A stretch of DNA of 64,000 nt from Sphagnum compactum (taxonomy: Eukaryota), in assembly GCA_965153455.1 (NCBI GenBank), contig OZ234493.1, positions 26,526,213 through 26,590,212 on the forward strand. The letters run 5' to 3'. Position numbers and translations under genes: made by a program. Position 1 is the stretch's first letter. Each line of letters begins with the position of its first letter. Below are positions 39,316-49,527 of the stretch, piece by piece. The notes below the pieces were generated by a model that saw nothing but the letters and a program-made list of their open reading frames with translations, was not told the DNA's origin and did not search any database.

Positions 39316-42300
39316 TTACACAAGATTGTCAGACTAGTAAGGCCTGTTTCATTTCTTGAGTTTCTCCCATGTGATCATCTCCGGATAAACATGTCAATAT
39401 ATGTTTACTTCCACATTACTGTGGCCTAGGGTCAGTTTCCACATTGACAAAATGAATTATTTTTTTTTTTCAAAAAATGAATTCGTTTTTTAATTTTCAA
39501 AATTATATATATTTTCCATCATCTACTATAATATATTGTGATATGAGTAGTGAAATTATTCTTCACAATGTAGCCTATGATAATTCTGATAATTTTCAAC
39601 ATGTCAATGCAATGTTGGGTGAGTATTACTGATTTTAATATATCAATTGGGTAAGTTTTATTATAATATTGTGAAAAATATATATCAGCTAGGTCAATAT
39701 ATATAGGCTTCAATAAAACTCCCAAACTAGGAAAGGTGTACAAGCAATGCAAAAAATTCAATTTGAGTTAGGGTAACTTGGTAAGTGACAAACATTTGCC
39801 CTATTCATAGGGCAAGGGTAAATGTGCATCATTTACCTTACATGTACCATGTGAGTATAAGTGTGCAACTATAAGGTTAAAAATATTTACACAATTATGG
39901 CACATTTTGACATGGAGAAAAATAATTTAATTGTGCAGTTGGCATTGTAAACACAAACATGTGAAATATCAAACATTTTATTTTAAAATAAAATAAACAT
40001 ATCACATCAATTAATATTACTAAAAGTATATTCAAAGCAATCTTATAATGGCAAATGGTAATAAAATCTAAAAGGGGTCTAGAACATATGGTAAGAGTTT
40101 TTTTTTCAACATGATTAATGTAATGAACAAAACTAAAATGCCAAAAGCAAATATATTCAATAGGGAATCACCATATATATAATTCAAACAAATCCATCAT
40201 AACCACATGCATTGCAAAACATGAATATGCATATATGCTATAAGATTATTTTGGCATATACCTTCTATTTACCCTTTTCAAACAATTACCCTCTAGGCTA
40301 GGTACAATAAAGGTAATCCGCAACTACATACTAGTTGAGTAAAATAAAGATAGGGTAAATTTAAAACATTTATTAGTTAAGTAGGGTAATTAAAAAGATA
40401 ACCAAAAAGCTTGTCAATTAAATTGGGTGTATATTTATTTTGATATATATGTATGAATATATTGAAATAATAGATGTATCCACCCAACATTGGTCTGAAT
40501 TGCTCAATACAAGATTAAGGTTACCCGTGACGAAAATTCATTGAAAAGTCCCCCATGAAAACATACATGGTGAAGCGAGCTTTTGTCTTTTTTATTTTTT
40601 ATTTTTATGTGTTTTCTGTTTTTATTTTGTATAATAAAAATAAAGTGTTTATTTTTCACTTTTATATTTTTGTTTATTTGGTTGCAAGTTTGAAGTTTGG
40701 AGAAAGAAGACACACCTCATTCTTTTTCAAGTAAGGTTTTTCTTCATTATTATAAGTTTTATTTTTTCTTGTTTTTTTATTTTTTTATTTTTTTAAAAAA
40801 TTATTATTACTGTATTTCCCTTTCCTTGTTTTATTTGCACGACACGGCACTGATGCAGTGCAACAGTGATGACAGTTGGCGATGTTTCTCTTGATGATCA
40901 CATTCATTCCTGGTACATTTGCATCTGAGGTTGCAGGTACAGGCATGAGTCGTTGGGTTGAATCTGCATGGTCACTTTATCTAAAATCCATTACATGCTT
41001 GGAAATCCTATGGAGGGAATGTTTTATATATATAAAAGCCCCATTTTAGTCTAATGCAATCTAATCCAACCCATCCCCTTGGACGAAACCAAAGCCCAAG
41101 CCCCGAAAAAAAACTCGGAGTCCAAAGGAGACCCCAAAGAACCCCATACCCACAAGAAGAATCACTGCAGCACCTCGCGGTAGACCACATTACTGGTGTA
41201 AACACCAGCATGGGCCCCATTCAGAGCCGCCCTGCTGCTACGTCGGACCAGCACCCGGACGCCGAGAGAAAGCCACATAAAACTGCCCGTGGCAAAAAAC
41301 AGGCTTGGGCAGGTACACCCCCACTGTCTGCAGTGTTTGCCCCTGGGCCTTGTTGATAGTCATGGCAAATGCAGGCCGCAACGGGAACTGTCGCCGGCGG
41401 AGGGTAAAAGGAATCCTTTCCGTGTCAGAGAGAGTGATGCTGAGGCGGGGAATGAAAACGCACCTGCCCTTGTCCGGTCTTGTGGCAATCTCAGCATCAA
41501 TTATGTGCTGCATCAGCTTGACCACAATAAGCTCAGTGCCATTTGCAAGGCCACTCGGCATATTCCGCAGCAAAATCACCGGACAGCCTTCCTGCAGGGT
41601 CAAAGTGGGGTGGCACCCCTGACATGCTGAGGGAGTTTAGAACTCGGTGGGGTAAATCACTCTCTGTTCGCCTTGCACAATAGAATGAGCGCTGTGGTAC
41701 GTGCGGCGCTGTGCTGGTGGGCCGTCAGGTGTGGTGAGGTCAAATCGATTCATGATGGCGGTGTTGATGCTGTCAACGTTCTCGTTCAGAAGAGTTAAAA
41801 TGGCCCTCTGAATGATGTGCTCATTGCGTGACTGCGAGTCTGTGAAGAGGCCAAGGTCGCCGTAAACTTCATCCACCAGGCTATCAATGGTGTCACCCTG
41901 GTAGCACATGTCTTCTAGGATCAAAACAGCCTCCTCCCCAACCTCAGGAAAGACTTGCTCTGTGCCCTCCCCAATGCGCTGCAAGTAGTCTGCCCAAGCT
42001 TGTTGTTGTTGGGCATCGGTCGCGGCGTTGGCTCCGTCCTGTGCCAAAAGCCTCTGAACACACATGTTTTCATGCAGTTGACGCACTTTAACACGGTGCC
42101 AAAGGATTGCGGACCTCTTGAGACTGGCATCCACAATCTGGCCTCTCGTGCCCCGGGGAACCACATGCAATATCTGCCTAAAATCACCTCCCATGACAAC
42201 AACCTTGCCCCCAAAAAGCATGTCCTTTAAGGTAGGGTCAACAACACCCATAACATGCTGGAGAGTGCGGTTCACAGCTCAAACACATGCTTGTGGGCCA

Positions 42301-43564
42301 TGGGTGCCTCATCCCACACAATGAGGCGTGCAGCCCGAATCAAGGCCGCTTGTGGACTGTTCAGGGGAACATAGTAAGCAGAGGAGCCACAAAGGCCTGC
42401 TACGGGAATTTTGAAACGTGAGTGAGTTGTGCAGCCGCCCTCCAAAAGCAGGGCTTCAATGCCAGAAGATGCCATCGACAACGCTATGTCACTAGTACAG
42501 CGCACCCTGCTGAGTAGGCACCCGTAGAGGAAAGTCTTGCCAGCCCCTCCCAGCCCATCAACAAAAAAGGTTTTGTCCACCGGCCTGGGGTCATGGACCG
42601 CGTCAATGACATTCTCGTAAATGGAATGCCGGTGCTGATTTAGCAAAGGCACATCCCGAGCATGCTGCTGAGCTTGCTGCGTCACATTGTACCTGGCCCG
42701 CTCCTCGAATACAACGGCATCCTCCGGGGCAGCCAGCTGTGCAGGGATAGGCAGCTCAAAATCCTCTAGGGTTTTCCCCCCTTGGGCCTGCAGCAGCTGC
42801 TCCACTTCGCGCAAGCCCTGGTCAAGGATGGCCTGGTCCAGTTGCCAGTTGGGCGTTACCTGCGCGACACAATCAGGGGCGGGGGGGTTATAATCCAGAA
42901 GGGCATAGTTATTCATGCTTACAGTTGGCAAAGAAATTTGGTCTGCAATAGGATCCAACAGCTCGTTGGGCACCACCTGGAGGAGCTTGGCCTTAGGTTC
43001 AGCAGACGCAATCCAGTGGGATTTGTAGCTCCAATATGTGGTAAGACTCATTAAATGAAATGTGCGAAATGATGCTGAGGGATCAGCTTTCTGGTACATT
43101 GAATCCAACAATCGGCCATTTGAGAGGAATTATTGCACACCTTCACCACTAAGATATGCACTCACAATAAAAACCCGGTTAGAAGTGGAACTACTATGTA
43201 GTGTAGTCTAACAAGTAAGGTGGTTCGAGGTAAGTAATGAAATTCACCAAAAATCTAATGCGTTGTGTCCAAATTGAAGCTACAAAACATCGTGAGGGAA
43301 TTGTAATTCACCATGATGGAATATTGAGGAGCCGTATGTTGATGTTCCTTCAATGTCATGTTCGATGGTTTGAAACCTTCCATGCCGTTCGTCATAACAA
43401 CTACATACAACATCATAATCTAACATGCATTGGAGTTGGAAGCTAATATAAAAGGAGCCATGTTTAAACAAATCTCATAATTTTTTATTTTATGTTCTTG
43501 ATCAAGAGTTAAGTCTCGGAGCTAGGAGCCACTTGCCTAGTTTGAGGAAAAAAACATACAACTC

Positions 43565-43930
43565 AACCTCCTCTACTTCCAACAAGTGTAACTCCTTTAT
43601 AGCAAGCTCGATGAAACTGAAATTTTGGGAGGAGTTTTTACACCTTCCAAACTAAAACTGATTTAAATTTAACGCAAATCCAGCGGTGAATTTGAGAGAA
43701 ACAACTAATTGAACAAAAAGTCCAGAGGCTTCACCATGGAAATCATTCCATGAAACCCACTTCAACCCCCTCTACTTCCAACCCGTGTAGTTTCCTTACA
43801 AAAAGCCCGATCAAGCTGAATTTTTGGGAGAGCCTTGTACACCTTCTAACCTAAAACTAATTCAAATTTGACACAAATCCAACGGTGGATTTGAGAGAAA
43901 CAACTAATTGAATCAAAGTCTAGAGGCTTT
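43565..43930. repeat. Diverged direct duplication, about 199-bp period
   Basis: CCTCTACTTCCAAC...TTTTGGGAG...TTTGAGAGAAACAACTAATTGAA...AGAGGCTT occurs twice, starting at about 43565 and 43764. Confidence 0.85.
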
Positions 43931-44150
43931 GTCACAAGCACTTGCTACACAAGTTCCTTCCATGCTTAATCCTTACACACACACTTCCCATGAGCACCTC
44001 TCCACACATAAGAACTAAAAAAACAATCTTCCTCCCACACACTACGCCTACCCTAATTTGTTAAAAAAAAGGCCTCGACCCCTTTTGAATGCAAGTACCA
44101 CCTTGTTTGTACTACCTTCTTGGTTTTTGTTGATGCAGGTGCAACTAGTC

Positions 44151-44546
44151 ATGGCGGACGATGACGCTACGCCTTCAAATCCTCCAGTCGCACCCGTACA
44201 ACAAGAAGAGCTTGAAGAAGCACCGCTCGACTTGAATGTTTCTCAACGGCCGCGCGAAAAAAAATCGCCCAGGAGAGTGGTGTGCACTCGAGTCGCTCGT
44301 TCGGTATGGGATCGTTGATTATCCCCTAACCCACATGCTTTAGCAATTTATTTAGAGTTTGTTCCTGCTCATGGAGCCGCGCCAGAAAGGTTTAAAGAGT
44401 GCCAGTGCGAAGATGATGATGTCCGTCTCCATTGTCGAACGTGGGTTCCCGGTGATGGCCATTATCGTTGGCTACGAGGCCCGATCAACCCACTTCCCCT
44501 GGAGCATCGAGCTGAGTACCTCGCTCGCCCATTCGCCGTATCCTAG
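44151..44546 (+). pseudogene. Orphan 131-codon ORF with one internal stop, product unknown
   Basis: MADDDATPSNPPVAPVQQEELEEAPLDLNVSQRPREKKSPRRVVCTRVARSVWDR*LSPNPHALAIYLEFVPAHGAAPERFKECQCEDDDVRLHCRTWVPGDGHYRWLRGPINPLPLEHRAEYLARPFAVS*. It is a GC/CpG-rich island in AT-rich context. An acceptor-like TTGTTGATGCAG|GT lies just upstream of the ATG. The internal TGA is at 44316. Confidence 0.5.
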
Positions 44547-47500
44547 ATTTTTTACAACTGTGATCTATCCTTTAAGTCAGTTATTCAGTTGTAATTCACC
44601 TAAAGCTACTCAGGCGGAAATGTTAATACTTAAGTTTGATTTGATTCTATTTAAAAGTCTGATAGAAGTGAAACTAATAAAGATGTATTAGGACTACACC
44701 CTAAAAATCTTACAAGTACATCATTAGTGCTTGAAGATTCTTCTACAGACTAACTTAACCTTGTCATGGCGGGATGCTATTGTTAATTATGGGCTTGTAT
44801 TCCCTATATATCAATAAATCACATCTAATTATACATCCCCTTTCCCTTCTCTGCAACATAAAAGGGATAATGTATTTTTAAAGGTTTACTAGGTGCTTAA
44901 CTGATTAAGCGCTACATCAACTTAAATAAAGAAGTACTATATGCCTAGAAATATCACAAAAGCTGATTCAACTATTAATAATCACTACTTGGAGGCTTAT
45001 ACACATTCAAATCATTAATACTAAGGAAAATTACGGAACTAAAGCTTAACCAATTGTTGAGCTATAATCCATGGCTCACACCATTCAATAGAGAAGTTTC
45101 TAGGCAATAGTTCAAAGAAGATAGCAGAGCACAACTTATACCATCATAACCCAACGAAAGGGAGGCTTGCAATATACACTTCCTTTGTGGAGGCCTTTTG
45201 GCCACTCACCTGGCGTGCTTGGTGTAGGAAATCCTCCGTAAGGACTCCCTTATGCCTGTCCCATAGCCACCCAGGATTGGTGACGTTGTTGTAAATCAAC
45301 AGGCTGGCAAAAAGTTGTCGCAAGTTGCTGGGCAGTTGCACGCCAGCAGCTTCTGAAAGGCACTGGTCCCATTCAGCATCATCTTGCAGCAAGCCACGTG
45401 CAAGGCAGGCGGCTTTAAAAGTGGGGTGCACAACTGTGGTAGGCGTGTGGGGCTAGTGGGTAGTTTTGAGGTCCTCAAAGCATGTGGCCCCTGCAACGTG
45501 GGTAAGCAAAACTCGTAGATAATGACGCTCGCCCTCTGAGGGTTGCACAAAGTACATGCGCCCCACAGTTCCCAATGTGACATGATTGTTTCGGCCTGCA
45601 CCCCGCCGCCCCGCTGCCCTTTTCCGGAGGTGCCACGCCTTTTTGGATTTGCTCCACACAACGATTTTGGGATAATCAGGGTAAAGTGTGGTCAGCGCAG
45701 CAGGCAGTGGCGGTGCAGGGTCGTTGTTGTTGCGAGCCAAAGTGGCTGTAGCCGCGTATTCAGATTTGGCCTTTCGGTTGAAGTCATGCCACTCAATCAA
45801 AGTGGTGGAGTTGTTGCGCATCATGGCTTCCCCAACCGTGGTCCCCTCAGGAAAGTAAATGGTCTACTCATTAAGCAGATGAACAGCCAAGCGGTAAACA
45901 TTTGGGTGCATGCCGTGTAAGTCAAAGGCAAAAAGCCGATGGCAAGCTTCGTTGGCACTGACATACCGCCCATCGAGGTAATTTTGGACTTCATCCTGGG
46001 CGGCAGGCACACTGTTCCCATCGGCCCCACCTGGAGCCGCCTGAGGCGCTGCAGCCGGCAGAGCCCCAACTTCCGGCTGCACCACTGCCAAAACATGGTC
46101 GTGACCTTTGTAAACATATTTGTAAAGGTATTTCACAGCCGTGATGGAGTTGCAGACCTCAACATTGATGCGGCACTGGTACCGCATGGTCAAGTAGGGG
46201 TTGTACGGGACGACCCAACAGTTGTCAAAAACAAAGCCCGAGCTACAAGGGGGAGGGGGCAGCAGTAAAAAATTATCAGTGACCTTGGCGTCCCTTTCTT
46301 ACAGGTTTGGCTTCGCCCTTCTTTCACATCATCATGCTTGAGGTGAAGTTTGGGACGCCTAAGAATCTGGAATAAATGAATTTCCAGGCCAGACTCAGAC
46401 ACAGACACTTATGGTCAGGTGCACAAAATAGCAACTCACTTGCCAAATTTTCAACAGCTGCACTTGCATGGGGTGGGTGAAGGTCCTGCCATCGTCCCGT
46501 CGCCGGTAGGTTGGGTAGCTGCCGGTGGAGTCCTCAGTTTGGGGCTGAAAAGTCTTGGGATAACCCTTGCTGCAAGCCCCATTCACCATGCAAGGACATG
46601 AAGGATGTAAGGCCCCACAAGGCCCATGCAACATGCGAAATGTCACAATGTTGTAAAGTTCGGGGTGGGTGGATTTGTCTGGAAGCTCAGCACACACGAT
46701 CCGGTCATAATCGTTGCTGTCACGCGGCTTGTCCTGGCTGCGTAGAATGATCAAAATGTGACCGTGCGGCAAGCCTCGCTTCTGCCATTCTACCACATGG
46801 ATGTCCGCCACCGCAGTGCCCAAAACACCATGCTGCAAAAGGTCTTTGAGGAAGGCATTGAGTTTCATGTTGAACACCCTGGATGTCAAGTCAGGGCGGT
46901 CGTTGGCTTCCTCCCCAGGCCTCAGCTCATGCAGAATCTCTGGCCAATTTGGGTTGCACGTCATGGTTATGAATAGGTAAGGTTTCCCAAACTTTTTGAC
47001 TAAGGCCATGGAATCCTGGTAGAGCTGGTTCATGTAGCGAGGGCTACCAGCAAAAGTGGCTGGAAGGACCACCATGCGCCCAAAGTTGGTGCTGTTAGCC
47101 TTGTCTTGCTACATGGCATCTACCATTCCTTTATATTGGTCAGCACGCAGGGTGGTCTGGTTGAGGCGCACCTACCGCAGCCGCTACCCCGCAACCTTGG
47201 AGTACTGGTCAACCACCCACTCTTGATATAGCCTGTTGCCATAAGTGAACGTGCTGTTGGTGGGAGGGTTGCGATCATGCATGAAGTAAGCCACGTATTC
47301 CCTGGCAGTAACCTTGCGAGCGATGCGCCCTACGGCAGCTCCTCTGCCTCAGCCCCTACCCCTACCATGGCCCCTGCCCCTACCCCTGCCCCTACCTCCA
47401 CCACGCTCGGGGTCCACTGCCTGTTGCTCATCTTCAGATGGCTGCTATTGCTCGTCCTCAGAGCTTAGCCCATCCACAACCGCAGGGGTAGCCCCAGTAA

Positions 47501-49050
47501 TATTTGGGTGCCAACCGGGCTCTTCGTGTGGGTGGAACAGGACAAAATGCAGAGGGTCATAAGCACAGTGGGCATCACTAATCCTCCATAACCCCCCGCC
47601 CCTAGCCCGCACCCTGATGTCTCGTGGATTGCTACCTTTAGGGTCACCGTCTGGGTCACCATTGCCTGTGAACAGACACAAAAGGGAAGACAAATCAGGC
47701 ACAGCTGGGACAGTTGCTTGGATGATGGAAGGAACGTGCTGTCGAGGAACGTAGCAATTAGGACGGCCAGCACCATCAAAAATCGCACAAAATGGGGCAC
47801 CAAAAAGCAGCCATGCAGCCACCCCATTCACTCACCAGGCACCAGGCCAGCCACCTCGCTGGATGTGGGGGCGTTGTAGCGGCGGCGGTCAACGCTGCCA
47901 TCAACACAGATGAGAATCTCATAGTTAGCCAGGTCTTGAGGGGGCAAATCCATGGCCTGCACAAAGCGCTGAACATAGACATTGCTCCCCAAAAGCATCT
48001 GCTGCAGCTCTTGTAAAGTGCGACGGTCCAGGTCTACGTTGCCCTGACCGAAAGCAGCAAAACGGGTAGCAGCCTGAGCATCCGCATTGTCTATGATACA
48101 CAGCTGGGCAAACTGATGGGGGCTCCCTTGAGGAGGTGCCAACGGCCCCAGTAAATGATGCACTGCGCCCCTTATGGCAATCATACTGACCCCATCTACG
48201 GGTGACTAGATGTTAATGCCAGAGGAGGCCATCTGCAAGGAGGAATTGTATTTCCGGATGTGCTTGCGAAAAGATACGGTGGCAGGGTGGAGGCATGCAC
48301 CAGGGGCAGGCTCAGAAATGAGCAGGTCCCACAATGGTTGAGGAGGAGGAATGGGGAAGAGGGCCTCACAGCTGCAAGATCTGCCTTTAGCACAACAAAG
48401 GTCTGCGTGTCCCCGGGAAGCCTCATCAGGCCAAATCATAGCTCGGCACTGCTGGCACTTAGCTGTCCTACCCCCTATGTCAAACACCGGAACACTGGCC
48501 TCATCAAATTCTGAAAAGGGGACGCAGGCTGCTGTGTGCAAATCTTGCTGACCCCGCGCCTGCCGGTGCCACTCGCGGTCGTGATCCCGCTGCTGTTGGC
48601 GTTGCTGGTATGTCAGCCGAGCACGGGGCTCCGCCTGTTGCTCGCGGTTGCGGCGCCGCTCCTGGTCTGTCAGCCGGGCACGGGCTGTTGCGTGCTGCTC
48701 GCGGTCCTGTTGCTGTTGCCGCTCTTGGTCTGTCAGCCGAGCACGAGCCTCTACGTGCTGCTCGCGGTCGCGGTCCCGCTGCTGCTGCCAGGCTGCGGTG
48801 GACATGTGGTCTAAATAGTTGTCAGAATGTCAGGAGGCTTAGAAGCTTCCAGAGCCCCCGGTCAAAACCTGATCTCCCCGGCCTGCCCCTCTCCCGTGCT
48901 GGCCCACCCGAAAATCTTCATTCAGAATCCGCTGCCACCGTCCTACCTACAGCCCTGAGCTCGTGGGAACTTTCGAAGGAGCCGAGTTCGCAAATTAGAA
49001 CCGCGCTCGTTGCAAAACCAATTCCATTCAATATCTTTCTCTCGCCATTA

Positions 49051-49055
<5 letters not shown>

Positions 49056-49108
<53 letters not shown>
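49056..49108. repeat. (CT)n/(GA)n microsatellite upstream of the RepHel start
   Basis: An uninterrupted TC run of about 26 units, about 250 bp 5' of the RepHel ATG on the minus strand. Confidence 0.97.
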
Positions 49109-49112
<4 letters not shown>

Positions 49113-49373
49113 CTGCAGCCATTTCTTCTTCAGTAGCTCAGATCCTTCTAATTTGCACTGCAATTTTCCTCTGATTCAGATCCAGCGCATTATTTACAGA
49201 TCTATCTCAGTACTATTTCTCTTTGATTCTTCTTCTTCTTTGTTGGGTTGTACAATATACAGTAGCAGCAGTGGTGGTTGAAGCACTTAGTCATGGGGGA
49301 GATGCACTGCAGCGGCGTATCTGTGAAGCTGGAAGGGCAACGTGATTGTAGTGATGGAGCGTGTGACTGAGCG

Positions 49374-49527
49374 CCAACCTCGTGTGATCCGCTGGCGTAG
49401 CGCTCTGTGAAGAAAAGACGTGATGGATATGGTAGTCGAGCGAGGAGGAACACCAACCTCGTGTAATCCGCTTTCTTCGTAGTAGTAGTAGTGATTGCAA
49501 TGAGGAACCAATCTCGTGTAATCCGCT
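49374..49527. repeat. Three spaced copies of a 20-bp motif in the Helitron 5' region
   Basis: CCAAYCTCGTGTRATCCGCT at 49374, 49453 and 49508. Confidence 0.85.

Larger units (their letters stand above)
43197..44698 (+). mobile_element. Candidate nested solo-LTR-like insertion in RepHel intron 3
   Basis: Bounded by TGTAGT(GTAGTCTAA) and TTAGGACTACA, i.e. TG..CA inverted termini. The flanks TACTA and CCCTA match only partly as a TSD. It accounts for most of the unusual length of this intron (2350 bp against 170 and 225 bp for the others). Confidence 0.45.
41162..48805 (-). pseudogene. Helitron RepHel (HUH Rep endonuclease + PIF1-family SF1 helicase), 4 exons, pseudogenised
   Basis: Inferred exons: 48805-47836, 47665-46468, 46242-45210, 42859-41162. 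Rep motifs: LFITMTCNPNW, VEWQKRGLPHGHIL, KYLYKYVYKG. Helicase motifs: [69 protein letters not shown], and the C-terminus TSNVVYREVLQ*. In-frame stops at 48206, 47445, 47349, 47184, 47172, 47109, 45864 and 45453. Frameshifts near 42275, 41640/41605 and 41262. Confidence 0.95.

Noticed and set aside
42860..43111. N-terminal part of the 279-aa ORF as a separate helicase gene start
   Set aside because: It is most simply read-through into intron 3. RepHel continuity is restored by splicing from 45210.
41162..48805. Functional host PIF1 helicase or viral Rep
   Set aside because: The Rep-helicase fusion, Helitron termini and many stops identify a dead Helitron RepHel.
48610..49281. 223-aa plus-strand ORF
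   Set aside because: Antisense shadow of the GC-rich RepHel repeats plus the (CT)n run (LSLSLS).
49374..49527. Mini CRISPR-like repeat-spacer pattern
   Set aside because: Only three copies, with unequal spacing (79 and 55 bp) and partly similar intervening sequence. Better explained as a decayed tandem duplication.
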